A program made the position numbers and the translations under genes. Below, in pieces: positions 48,858 to 58,244 of a stretch of DNA of 64,000 nt. Source of the DNA: Prevotellaceae bacterium (GTDB lineage: Bacteria; Bacteroidota; Bacteroidia; Bacteroidales; Muribaculaceae); NCBI GenBank assembly GCA_021772015.1, contig JAETNS010000006.1, forward strand, positions 82,098 through 146,097, given 5' to 3'. The notes below the pieces were generated by a model. The model did no database searches and had not been told where the DNA came from. It worked only from the letters and a program-made list of their open reading frames with translations. Within the stretch, counting starts at the first letter, position 1. Each line of letters begins with the position of its first letter.

Positions 48858-49133
48858 TCAGTTTTTCCAACGTTTGAGGCGCGGAAAGAACTGGCGCATC
48901 ATTTCTTTGGCCTGTTCTTTTGTCAAATTTTGGCCTGACTGCTTGTTTATCTCATCGGTGAACTGAGCGCAGTGGTCAATCATCTGCTCCATCGTCATAT
49001 CCTGCGTGAATTTGCCATCCTTGTAGCAGTAGATACAGTAATCCTCATTGCTACTGCCGTCAGCATTCGTACCGAGGATTTCATTTGTTAGCGGCATACC
49101 GCAACTCTGACAAAATTTCATTTCCATTGTCAT
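48858..49133 (-). CDS. Putative zinc-ribbon domain protein
   Basis: 'FCQSCGMPL...GTNADGS.NEDYCIYCYKDGKF', 'PRLKRWK'. Confidence 0.85.
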   Translation of the reverse strand: MTMEMKFCQSCGMPLTNEILGTNADGSSNEDYCIYCYKDGKFTQDMTMEQMIDHCAQFTDEINKQSGQNLTKEQAKEMMRQFFPRLKRWKN

Positions 49134-49178
49134 TTTTCATTTTTTGCCCCACAATCCGATGGAGCGGTTTATAAATGC

Positions 49179-49347
49179 AGAAGCGCGGACTTCTATGTCA
49201 ATCTAACTTGACGGCCCTGAGAAAGCCTATGATGCAGATATAACGATAGCAGCCCACGCCGTATGCGTGAGAACCACTATGCTATCTCTTGCATCAAATT
49301 TGAAAGGCTCTCAGGTTTTCAAGTTACAAGATGAGCATAACGCTTCT
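49179..49347 (-). promoter_or_regulatory. 169-nt rod-like leader with a 4-codon uORF (MLIL*, 49324-49338)
   Basis: Six nested Watson-Crick helices lie between a TACCTTTG promoter (49391-49398, minus strand) and the zinc-ribbon gene. Confidence 0.6.
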
Positions 49348-49664
49348 TATTTTCCCGAATGTTGCGGGCGGACTTGCGTCAACCCGACCACAAAGGTACA
49401 ACAATTTTATGGGATTTTAACGATTGGACGTGGTGACCCGGTGAAAATTCAGCCGAGGTCACCACATTTTTAGCTCTCGGATATAGTTAAACTCTGTTAA
49501 AGCTTAAGCTTTTAGGGTGACTTTATGGAGTTGAAAGTGGGTCAGCGGATTTGATACACGCGCAGTTTTCATAGTTCTGCCGATAGCCGCGTAGGCATAT
49601 AAAGACAGAAAACGCTGAATTTCAATGGAATTCAGCGTTTTAACTTGATTTACCTTTTAGGTTC

Positions 49665-49677
49665 GTGGTGCCACCAG
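49665..49677. repeat. att core direct repeat, copy 1 (GTGGTGCCACCAG)
   Basis: Identical to 61908-61920. The reverse complement CTGGTGGCACCAC resembles the 3' end of Bacteroidetes tRNA-Phe (from recall). Confidence 0.8.
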
Positions 49678-49794
49678 CACCATTTTTATTAAATCCAAAT
49701 GTATTGGTATAAATTGAATTGATAGATAAAACGCTACATATCAACGTAATTAAATCAAAATGAATTTATTGAAATAAGTTAATCTTCAAAAATT

Positions 49795-49838
49795 ATAGTG
49801 ACTTTTGTAGTGACTTCCAGAAATAGTCACTATCTTTG
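49795..49838 (+). promoter_or_regulatory. Integrase arm-type repeats overlapping the int promoter
   Basis: ATAGTGACTTTTGTAGTGACTT (49795-49816), an inverted AGTCACTA, and a TATCTTTG -7 element at 49831-49838. Confidence 0.6.
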
Positions 49839-49874
49839 CATTACCGAATCTAATCCCTCGGTTCAAGTTCTATT

Positions 49875-51311
49875 ATGGCAAAGACTCTCTCCAGATTCTA
49901 CATCCGAAAACAGGATGAGAAAAAGGAAATGGCAACCCTGTTTTTCAGGGTTCAGAATAAGAAACATAAAGTGGATGCGCTGTTCTCGTCGCAGGTTCAG
50001 GTTGATGTGCGCGATTGGCGTGAGGCTGTATCGTCCGAAGAAAATTGGATGCGGCACCGAGAAAAAAATTTCAAACTCCATGATATGCTCTCGAAAATTG
50101 AAATGGCGGTCAAGAGCGAAGTGGAAGGTATGCACTTTGAGCGCGAGAATGTAGAGGAGGCTATTTTGGCAATTGCTAATCCAAAGAAATCGGAAGCGGC
50201 GAGAAAAGCCCGTAAAGCCGAGGAAGATGCTCGGTTGAAGGAGGAACAAAGGCAACGAGAAGAAGCCGAAGAGAAACGCAGGAAAGAAGAATCGGCAAAA
50301 GCGAACATCTGGAATTATCTTGATAGTTTTGTTGAAGACATCAAGGTCGGAAAGCGTCTTAACGGCAATGACCCTTATACTCCCGGTAGTTGCAAGGCGT
50401 GGAGCAGTTTCCGAAAACTCTACAACGGATTTGATCCTCGCCATAAATTGACATGGAATGATGTTGACCGTGCGTTGGTGACAAAATTTCTTGAACACCT
50501 CGGTCGGCTCGACTATATGGGCAGCTCAGTCAACAAATATCTCGTGTCATTCCGGGCGTTGGTGGGATATGCCTACACTGACGGCATCCATAATAACGAC
50601 CGTGCCTTGATGTGTTTCTCCAAACGCAAGGTTGATGAAAGCGACAAAGCGGCAGAAATCTATCTGACCGAGGCTGAATTACAGGCGTTGGCTGACATGG
50701 AATTGACCGGGCTTAAAGACCAAGTGCGTGATATTTTTCTTGTGGGATGCTATACCTGTCAGCGTGTCAGTGACTATAACAACATCACTCCCGACAGTTT
50801 CACCACGACAGCCAAAGGCACACCGATTATCCGGCTTATCCAACAAAAGACCCGCAACGAGGTGAAGATACCGATAATGAATCCCAACCTTCATGCCATC
50901 TGCGAGAAATACGGCTATAATATCCCATCGGTTATTGATGTACTGATAAACCGCTATATCAAGGAGATACTGAGAGACCTATCCGAATCCGTGCCATCGC
51001 TTGCGGTGAAAGTCCCCACCAAACTGACAATGAAACAAAAAAAGAATGAGGAACTTGGAAAACTGACCATCGAGCGAAATGCAAAAGGTGAGGTAGTAAT
51101 GCCCCGGTATGCCTGTGTTACCACACATACAGCCCGGCGCAGCGGAATCACTAACATGTATCTCTCCCACAAATACACCATTGTCCAGATGATGCACGTC
51201 AGCGGTCATAAGACGCAAAAGACCTTTATGGACTATATCAAGCTATCCTCAGATGAAATTGCCGACGAGATAGACGCTATCGCCAATCCGACAAAAGCCG
51301 ATGTATTCTGA
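49875..51311 (+). CDS. Tyrosine integrase of element A
   Basis: 'GCYTCQRVSD', 'THTARR', 'VSGHKT..TFMDY' give the catalytic R-H-R-H-Y set. Confidence 0.93.
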   Translation: MAKTLSRFYIRKQDEKKEMATLFFRVQNKKHKVDALFSSQVQVDVRDWREAVSSEENWMRHREKNFKLHDMLSKIEMAVKSEVEGMHFERENVEEAILAIANPKKSEAARKARKAEEDARLKEEQRQREEAEEKRRKEESAKANIWNYLDSFVEDIKVGKRLNGNDPYTPGSCKAWSSFRKLYNGFDPRHKLTWNDVDRALVTKFLEHLGRLDYMGSSVNKYLVSFRALVGYAYTDGIHNNDRALMCFSKRKVDESDKAAEIYLTEAELQALADMELTGLKDQVRDIFLVGCYTCQRVSDYNNITPDSFTTTAKGTPIIRLIQQKTRNEVKIPIMNPNLHAICEKYGYNIPSVIDVLINRYIKEILRDLSESVPSLAVKVPTKLTMKQKKNEELGKLTIERNAKGEVVMPRYACVTTHTARRSGITNMYLSHKYTIVQMMHVSGHKTQKTFMDYIKLSSDEIADEIDAIANPTKADVF

Positions 51312-51314
51312 AAT

Positions 51315-51390
51315 ATTTTGTCGTGTCGCAAAAATTGACTAAATTTGCGACGCGATTGTCGCAAATTATACAATAAAACACGACAAAAAT
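51315..51390 (+). promoter_or_regulatory. Operator-like nested inverted repeats around the AbiE promoter
   Basis: TTTTGTCGTGT / ACACGACAAAA outer IR and AATTTGCGAC / GTCGCAAATT inner IR, with TAAATTTG at 51340-51347. Confidence 0.6.
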
Positions 51391-51402
51391 AAGGTTTGAT
51401 AT

Positions 51403-52020
51403 ATGACTGAAAGTATTGAGAACAAAATATATAATTCGCTTAAACGGCGAAAGAACGGTACAATATTTTTTGCGTCTGACTTCTCGCATCTCGGAACAGG
51501 ACCGACTGTCAATAAAGCCTTGGAGCGACTTGCCAACTCCGAGAAAATTTTACGGCTGTCAAAAGGCATCTATTGCAAACCTAAGATTGAGACCGAATTG
51601 GGCTTAGGGCTTCTGCATCCCCCTCTGGAGGAAATTGCGGAGGCGATTGCTAAAAGGGATAAGTCTCGCATAATGCCTACCGGCTGTTATGCTCTCAATC
51701 GGCTTGGTTTGTCCACCCAAGTTCCGATGAATGTGGTATATTATACGGATGGGACACCGAGAAGAATAAGGATTTACAATGGAAGGGGAATACTTTTTCA
51801 ACGGGTTGCACCCAAACGCCTCGCATTCAAAAACAAACTATCAGCATTGCTCACATTCGCATTGCAGGAACTTGGCAAAGGTAATGTAGCCGGATGGCAG
51901 GTCAAACGCATACGGGAGATTCTCTCCCAAGTGCCACAAGAAACTATTATTGATGATTACACCCTTATGCCGGATTGGATAAGGACTTTAATAAAAAACT
52001 GTTATGCAGAACTTTCTTAA
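51403..52020 (+). CDS. DUF6088 / AbiEi-like antitoxin transcriptional regulator
   Basis: N-terminal wHTH 'KALERL...RLSKGIY', 'LGLSTQVP...YYTDG'. It overlaps the downstream AbiEii gene. Confidence 0.8.
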   Translation: MTESIENKIYNSLKRRKNGTIFFASDFSHLGTGPTVNKALERLANSEKILRLSKGIYCKPKIETELGLGLLHPPLEEIAEAIAKRDKSRIMPTGCYALNRLGLSTQVPMNVVYYTDGTPRRIRIYNGRGILFQRVAPKRLAFKNKLSALLTFALQELGKGNVAGWQVKRIREILSQVPQETIIDDYTLMPDWIRTLIKNCYAELS

Positions 52021-53008
52021 TCGCCCCGAATCACAGCGCAAAACCATTTATGAACAGATAGCCTTGCGGGTAGGCATCTCTGACCCTCGTGCCATAGAAA
52101 AAGACATGTGGGTATCTTCCTTGTTGCAGGTGGTGTTCAGTCTGCCATACGCGGATAAATTTGTGTTCAAAGGCGGCTCATCGCTGAGCAAAATCTGGAA
52201 ACTGATTCATAGGTTTTCAGAGGACATTGACCTTGCCATAGACCGTTCGATGTTCGGGCTGGAAGGAGATTTGACAAAGAAGCAACTGAAAAAGCTACGA
52301 AAAGAATCATCCTTATTCGTAAAGGATAAACTCTCGGCTGACATCAGTGAGCTATTAGCCAAATACGGTATTGATGAATATTGCGATGTCATCCCGGAGC
52401 CTAACGGAGAAGGTGATAGCACATATCCCGAACCCCGAAAGATTCATATTGCATACAATTCTGTCTTTGATGCTGGTGACGGCTATCTTCGTCCGGAGGT
52501 ATTGCTTGAGGTTGGCGCGCGTTCTCTTTTTGAGCCGACATCAAAAGCGATGGTACAGTCAATGATTTCAGAAAACAGCGATATAAAGACAAACATCACC
52601 GACGCCCCGATTATATGTGCCGTTCCGCAAAAGACTTTCTTGGAAAAAGCATTTCTTCTGCATGAACTTTTCACGACCGAAATGGGAATGAAAGCCAACC
52701 GCAAATCGAGGCATCTTTACGACTTGGAACATCTTATGAGCCATGATGATATTCTATCGGCTACACATGATGATGAATTATGGGAAACCATACGGCATCA
52801 TCGGGAAGTCTTCACCTCGATAAAAGGTGTTGATTATATCCCTGATGTCCGTAAGCGATTGGTACTCGTTCCACCGAAAGAATTTGAAATTGAATGGCGC
52901 AGAGATTATGAGGCTATGCAAAAAACAATGATTTATGGCGATGAAATGCCCTACGACCAACTGATTTCAAGAATCATCCAGTTGCAAGAGTTTTTCCGAA
53001 AAGCGTAA
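52004..53008 (+). CDS. AbiEii-family nucleotidyltransferase toxin (type IV TA)
   Basis: 'IEKD.WV', 'FKGGSSLSK', 'RFSEDID', 'EK', 'SRHLYD'. Confidence 0.88.
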   Translation: MQNFLNRPESQRKTIYEQIALRVGISDPRAIEKDMWVSSLLQVVFSLPYADKFVFKGGSSLSKIWKLIHRFSEDIDLAIDRSMFGLEGDLTKKQLKKLRKESSLFVKDKLSADISELLAKYGIDEYCDVIPEPNGEGDSTYPEPRKIHIAYNSVFDAGDGYLRPEVLLEVGARSLFEPTSKAMVQSMISENSDIKTNITDAPIICAVPQKTFLEKAFLLHELFTTEMGMKANRKSRHLYDLEHLMSHDDILSATHDDELWETIRHHREVFTSIKGVDYIPDVRKRLVLVPPKEFEIEWRRDYEAMQKTMIYGDEMPYDQLISRIIQLQEFFRKA

Positions 53009-53038
53009 TCTTGAGTTTTTCTTTTCGTTGCCCTATAT

Positions 53039-53088
53039 AGTTCGGTTTAGTTTGTCGGGCATATATATTGCCCGAACTGAACCAAACT
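53039..53088. repeat. Nested palindrome with a CATATATA centre, copy 1
   Basis: Inner TCGGGCA / TGCCCGA and outer AGTTCGGTTTAGTT / AACTGAACCAAACT. Confidence 0.65.
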
Positions 53089-53158
53089 TACTCAGTAAAA
53101 TTGTTTAGGCAGACTATTTGGGGTTGGGCAAAAGAAAAAAATGGTTACACAATTAGAA

Positions 53159-53602
53159 TCAATAAATTCTTTTTATCCAACGCTTTTTATCTGACAGTCC
53201 CCATTGCACATGCCAAGTACGTCCAGTCGCCTTATCTAATAATATGAACTGATACATATTTTGAGTTGGATATAACTCAAAGGAATTTATCCCAGATGAC
53301 CATGAAAGGTCATCTCTATTTAATATAGTGGAGAATTCCTTGTTGTCATCTAATGACCATTGGACTTGTTCAATACGCCCTGTTTGTGTATCAAGTTTGA
53401 GAAAATTATAGATATTCTCTGTGGTATACATTTTATATCTATTAGCCGTAACTTGCATCATTTGCAACGTAACCAAGTCTTCAACCAATTCAGATGTGCG
53501 AAATGAGATAGAATCTGCTCTAATAGACGCAATGGAATCGGTTTGAGCAAAAGCATTTGAAAAGATAGATATTATAAAGAGTATAAAAAATATACGTTTC
53601 AT
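53159..53602 (-). CDS. Exported hypothetical protein
   Basis: Signal peptide with an internally repeated 'F.L..TQN.Y.F..LD..TGR..QVQW' motif. Confidence 0.75.
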   Translation of the reverse strand: MKRIFFILFIISIFSNAFAQTDSIASIRADSISFRTSELVEDLVTLQMMQVTANRYKMYTTENIYNFLKLDTQTGRIEQVQWSLDDNKEFSTILNRDDLSWSSGINSFELYPTQNMYQFILLDKATGRTWHVQWGLSDKKRWIKRIY

Positions 53603-53648
53603 GGCAGTTAAATTATGGTTAACAATCGAAGTACTATTTATCAGGCTG

Positions 53649-54314
53649 TTATTGTCCTAATAAATTCATGTTTTCTATTCGGATCATAAACTCATCTTCT
53701 GGAACAGCCATCAACTGGTCTATGAAGTTACATAGTCCCTCGTATTCTTCGATTTCCATATGGAATGTGCATTCTGTCATATCCTTATTGAATACGAATA
53801 CATCATCGCCAAAAGCCGGATATCCACCGCCAGTCTTGCATTTATAGCGTTGTGTCACAAACCATCCTACAAATTCGTTATCTTTTGTTTTGTCTTTGTG
53901 AACTTGTGCGTATAAATTCTTAATAGCAGATTTCAACTGCATTTGGATATTCTCAATCTTATTCTTCGCAATGTCTCTTTCCGAGATGGCCTCTTTTCTC
54001 TGCTGACGACTGTAAGCTGAACCATATGGCATATCCCATAAAGCAATTGAAGATAGAGCATTGTTATAATCCCTTTTAGCCGCTTCCAATTCTTGGGCAG
54101 GCTTAGCAAATTCCATCATCAGCGATTTAATTTCCGGGTCTATATATGGCGAGAAGAAGGCCGAGTCAATTTGTGTTTTCACCGGCTCATAACTTTCAAA
54201 ATCATATAAAACGCCCTTTAACTCCTGGGAAACAGCCTTTTGTATTTTTTCTTCTCGGCTTTCACAAGAGATTAGGAGGAATGCCATTCCAATTATTAAG
54301 AAAAGTTTGTTCAT
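53649..54314 (-). CDS. Hypothetical lipoprotein
   Basis: Lipobox 'LLISC'. Confidence 0.75.
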   Translation of the reverse strand: MNKLFLIIGMAFLLISCESREEKIQKAVSQELKGVLYDFESYEPVKTQIDSAFFSPYIDPEIKSLMMEFAKPAQELEAAKRDYNNALSSIALWDMPYGSAYSRQQRKEAISERDIAKNKIENIQMQLKSAIKNLYAQVHKDKTKDNEFVGWFVTQRYKCKTGGGYPAFGDDVFVFNKDMTECTFHMEIEEYEGLCNFIDQLMAVPEDEFMIRIENMNLLGQ

Positions 54315-54518
54315 AATGAAATGGTTTTCTATGCCGCAAAATTACAAAAAATTTATTTTCAATACAATACCAAATGTCGCAATCGCTAAAAACAATTTTC
54401 AATATAATTATTTACAAATTTATAATTGATATATTTGCCAATTGTAAATTTTATTTTTAACTTTGTCGTGGCTAATTTCTAAAGGTGGCGGCAACATTTT
54501 AAAATACGGCATTTAAAT

Positions 54519-55007
54519 ATGAACAAAGAACTTAAGAAATTTTTAGAAACAGAGTTTAAAACCAAAGCCAAAGTAATAGACTCTAAGGTTGTTGAGGTCA
54601 CAGCTCCAGACGGAGAAGTGTTCCAAGTGTTATGCCAAGTTGGGAAATATATAAGTCAAGAAACGCGTAACTATGAGCTCCATATCATAGAAGCAATTTT
54701 TGACAAAAATTATTCCAATGACAAAGAACTCATGATAAACAATATTTGGAGAGATGCGATATTAAACGGCATATCTTTTATGGGCATGAGTTCAGGCGAT
54801 AGGCAATGTGAACGTACTCGAATCGGCAACCGAATACGCCAAATAAGGGATGAACGAGGTATTGAAGCTCGTGATCTTGCAAAACTGGCTGATATAGATG
54901 CTGCTAATTTAAGTAGAATTGAGAATGGCAAATATTCGGTGGGTATAGACATCTTGTCAAAAATTGCAGCGTCTTTGGGTAAAAAGATTGATTTAGTTGA
55001 TATTTGA
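54519..55007 (+). CDS. XRE-family HTH regulator with an N-terminal extension
   Basis: C-terminal 'IRQIRDERG...DLAKLADIDAANLSRIENGK'. Confidence 0.85.
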   Translation: MNKELKKFLETEFKTKAKVIDSKVVEVTAPDGEVFQVLCQVGKYISQETRNYELHIIEAIFDKNYSNDKELMINNIWRDAILNGISFMGMSSGDRQCERTRIGNRIRQIRDERGIEARDLAKLADIDAANLSRIENGKYSVGIDILSKIAASLGKKIDLVDI

Positions 55008-55008
55008 T

Positions 55009-56046
55009 ATGAGAGCAAAGCAAGATTACTCCTATTCGATAGATAAGGATTCTAATCTAATTAATGTAATAGATGCGGTAAAAGGAAATAATTACTATTG
55101 TCCTTGTTGTGGAGAGATTATGATTCCACGGCAAGGAAATAAAAGACGATGGCACTTTGCTCACAAAGGGAATCTCGGTGATTGTTCATACGAAACCTAT
55201 CTACATAAAGTTGCAAAAAAACGCATATGCGAATGTTTTAATGAATCGCCACAATTCATTATATCGTTTCACCCTAAATCTACATGTTCAGTAATGGAAT
55301 GTCCTTTAGGAGCGAGCCAACCTTGTACTTGGAACATCACAAAGGAATTTGATTTAAAGAAATATTATAATCATTGTGAGGCAGAAGTAGCTATTGATAA
55401 ATATCGGGCTGATTTAGTTATTTCTAACCAGTTGAATAATATATCTCCCATTCTTATAGAAATATATGTCACGCATAAATCGACCGAAGAAAAATTAAAT
55501 TCAAACTATCGTATCATTGAAATTCACATAGAATCTGAAGAGGATATAAATCAGATTGTATCCACTGCGTCTATTAAAGAAAGTGACAGAGATGTCAACT
55601 ATTGGGGAGAAACGCAAAATGGGAAAATTCAGTTTTACAATTTTAAAGCTGATTCATATGACGTGCCTGATGATAAACATCAAGCATATAAATTCCGGTT
55701 TTGGATAAATTCAAAAGGATATTTTCAATTTGACAAGATAGAGGATTATGATGAATCCGTAAAATGCCTAAGCCCAAATCCTATTGAAATTGAAAATTCC
55801 AGATTCCGGATAGAATCAAAATCTCCAATTGGTTGGGATTTTGCTTTTTGTAAATTGGCGGAGTCAGGATTGGGCATTAAGTACTGTACAATGTGCAAGT
55901 TTTACAAAATGAACGATTACTATATGAGGTCAATGTGCATACTGTATAAATCAAAAGGCACAAAACAATATCCAAATTTGTCTGTTGCAATGAGTTGCCC
56001 TCACTTTAGGCAAATAGATTATGCTAACGATGACAGACTATTTTAA
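55009..56046 (+). CDS. CoiA-like zinc-finger / PD-(D/E)XK nuclease-like protein
   Basis: 'YYCPCCGE....RQG..RRWHFAH', 'YRADL...LIEIYVTH', and a C-terminal Cys cluster. Confidence 0.68.
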   Translation: MRAKQDYSYSIDKDSNLINVIDAVKGNNYYCPCCGEIMIPRQGNKRRWHFAHKGNLGDCSYETYLHKVAKKRICECFNESPQFIISFHPKSTCSVMECPLGASQPCTWNITKEFDLKKYYNHCEAEVAIDKYRADLVISNQLNNISPILIEIYVTHKSTEEKLNSNYRIIEIHIESEEDINQIVSTASIKESDRDVNYWGETQNGKIQFYNFKADSYDVPDDKHQAYKFRFWINSKGYFQFDKIEDYDESVKCLSPNPIEIENSRFRIESKSPIGWDFAFCKLAESGLGIKYCTMCKFYKMNDYYMRSMCILYKSKGTKQYPNLSVAMSCPHFRQIDYANDDRLF

Positions 56047-56155
56047 ATAAATTATAATCAGGAGCATAAAATTACAATTAGATAACTAATGTCCCCGATA
56101 ATTGTATAATTCATTATCAGGGACATCAATTATTGAAATAATAGCTAAAGAAATG

Positions 56156-56914
56156 CTATCTTTCGGTCGGGTTGAAATAGAGATAGGTTTTGTCCAGACC
56201 CAGCTCTTTCTCCCAATAGCGTATGTTGTCTTTGATGCTGTCGCGCTCCTGCCACGTTCCCATTATAAAATCTCGCTCGATGTTCATAAGGAGCTGGCGT
56301 GATTTTTCAGTCTTGTAGGCTGTCCTTTGATTTCGGTAGAGCCATTCTACATCCCGCAGTTTGGAGTTCTCGTTGAGCTGGAAGAAGAACCCATAGCCGA
56401 AACCTCCGGCGGCGATAAGAAGAACCGCGAACATGTAATAGACCCACTTGGGGATTGCCCTCCACCACTGGCCGTCAACGATTGACTGCGCCTTGTAGCG
56501 TACAGTGTTAACTATGTCGTAGAGTTTACGGCGTTCCTCGGCAAACTCACGTTTGATGCCATCCTTCAACGCGGTCTCAACCCTGTCGCCGAGGTTATCC
56601 TCCAACACCTTTGCAACGCTTCCGCTGACACCGTTGGCGATGCAGTCGGGCAATATCTCGACAACCTTTTCAAGTGTCTCATCGGGTGTGTAGGTCTTGA
56701 ACTTGTCGTCAAGCATTTTCCGGATGCCGTCAGTTGTGGCTATATTGGACGGTAGCTCAACCTCGATTTTAGACGGTTCGCTTGCCGTGTGAGCCGGGAT
56801 TGCCGCCAGCCGGGTGTTGATGCTGCCGAGAAGTTCATTGTGCCTCTTAATCTCTTTGAGAAGGTTGTCAATCTTCTCATCCTGTTTCTTGACGATTGAA
56901 TACATATCTGCCAT
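56156..56914 (-). CDS. Hypothetical protein downstream of the relaxase (one TM segment)
   Basis: 252-aa ORF starting 2 nt after the relaxase stop. Confidence 0.7.
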   Translation of the reverse strand: MADMYSIVKKQDEKIDNLLKEIKRHNELLGSINTRLAAIPAHTASEPSKIEVELPSNIATTDGIRKMLDDKFKTYTPDETLEKVVEILPDCIANGVSGSVAKVLEDNLGDRVETALKDGIKREFAEERRKLYDIVNTVRYKAQSIVDGQWWRAIPKWVYYMFAVLLIAAGGFGYGFFFQLNENSKLRDVEWLYRNQRTAYKTEKSRQLLMNIERDFIMGTWQERDSIKDNIRYWEKELGLDKTYLYFNPTER

Positions 56915-56916
56915 AG

Positions 56917-57861
56917 TTATACTGATCTTCCTTTTTTTCTTCTTGGTTTTCTCTTCATCGCGCGTATGAAGGCTTCCTCTTCCGGGTCAACCGTCGGGCT
57001 TAGATGGAACATCCCGCCCAAAGCCTGACATCCGGCTTCAAGCACATCGGTGATGATGTTGCCCTGCGGCTCATCCCTGACTGTCGCCATGACTGACACA
57101 GGCTGAGATGTCGGCTGCGCCTGACTGATTCCCGCATTTTGGGTGAAGAATCTGTCAAGGCGGCGAAAAGAAAATGCACGGTCGATGTATGAGCCGTTGA
57201 ACTTGAATTCACCGTCGGAGAATTTCACGCCCTGCGGTTTGCCCGTGTCGCGGTCGTTGTAAAACTCGACGCTGATTCCGGCATTGGCAAGCCGTCGGCT
57301 GAACTCACCCCACGATTTGCACTGGTACATCGCCGCCTGAATCCTCGGTTTCATTTCAGCGATGGCATCCTCGTACTGTTTCTTCTTGGGCGAGAAAGTA
57401 AGACCGTATTTCTTCTTGATTGCCTTTGTAGCCTTGTGGCTCTTGTCGAAATTGTTTCTCTCGTCTATCGCCTTGCCGTGAAGATTTACGCGGTTATAGA
57501 CGATATGGAAATGCGGATTGTCGGTTTCGAGGTGGCGCACGATTATATATTGCGTGTCACGGATGCCCATGCGTTCCATGTATTCCTTTGCCAATTGAGC
57601 CATGAACCCATCGGTAAGCCGTGGTAAATCCACCTTGTCAAAACTGACGGATATATGCCCGGCCGGGGTGCTGATTTTCTTGTTGAGGCTCGCCCCGATT
57701 TCAAAACTTTCCACAATTTTGCGGTAGTCGTTGCCGAGAATTCCGTCGGAATCTATCACCCGCCAAGTGTCAGGCGTGTACTTTTCCTTGTCGTGAAATT
57801 CTCGCGTGACGTAGCCCACGACATTAGAAAAAGACCCTTTTGTTAGAATTTTCGCTATCAT
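56917..57861 (-). CDS. Relaxase/mobilisation nuclease
   Basis: 'VVGY' Tyr, 'AGHISVSF', 'IVRHLETDNPHFHIVYNRV' (HUH-type triad). Confidence 0.92.
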   Translation of the reverse strand: MIAKILTKGSFSNVVGYVTREFHDKEKYTPDTWRVIDSDGILGNDYRKIVESFEIGASLNKKISTPAGHISVSFDKVDLPRLTDGFMAQLAKEYMERMGIRDTQYIIVRHLETDNPHFHIVYNRVNLHGKAIDERNNFDKSHKATKAIKKKYGLTFSPKKKQYEDAIAEMKPRIQAAMYQCKSWGEFSRRLANAGISVEFYNDRDTGKPQGVKFSDGEFKFNGSYIDRAFSFRRLDRFFTQNAGISQAQPTSQPVSVMATVRDEPQGNIITDVLEAGCQALGGMFHLSPTVDPEEEAFIRAMKRKPRRKKGRSV

Positions 57862-58244
57862 AAAAGTGTCGAATTTTGGATTTTCAACTTGCCGAGGATG
57901 GCTAAAATCCCGTCAAGACAAGCCTCCGCTTTTCGCTTTGTCGAGGGCCATGCGTTAGCCTGACAAGCCTTGACTTGGTCGTTGAGATTCTTTCCTTGAT
58001 ACATCAGTTCGCGTATTGCCGCGCGTTCAAAGTCGGTCAGACGCTCGACGATTGTCAGCCTGAAAACGCCCACCCGCAGCAGTTCCGCGACGGTCATTCC
58101 GGCCTGTGCAGCCTTAGTCTTTACGATGCTTAGCTCGCCATCGGTGAATGTGGCGGAGATTTTCTTCGCCCTCTTTTCACTTATGTTTTTCTTGGGTCGC
58201 CCACGGAGTTTGACACCGGGAGCGTCGTGATTGTATTTTCTCAT
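57858..58244 (-). CDS. MobC-like relaxosome accessory protein
   Basis: 'RGRPKK', RHH-like 'KAAQAGMTVAELLR', 'GKNLNDQ'. The stop overlaps the relaxase start. Confidence 0.75.
   Translation of the reverse strand: MRKYNHDAPGVKLRGRPKKNISEKRAKKISATFTDGELSIVKTKAAQAGMTVAELLRVGVFRLTIVERLTDFERAAIRELMYQGKNLNDQVKACQANAWPSTKRKAEACLDGILAILGKLKIQNSTLL

Larger units (their letters stand above)
41674..49677. mobile_element. Integrase-less accessory cargo block (probable relic element end) abutting the att repeat; left boundary approximate
   Basis: Visibly lower GC than the flank. Twelve co-oriented minus-strand small genes, arm-like motifs at 49428-49465 and an att core at 49665. Confidence 0.6.

Noticed and set aside
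49600-49700. A complete tRNA gene at the att repeats
   Set aside because: Only 13 bp of tRNA-like sequence is present at either site, and no cloverleaf can be folded.
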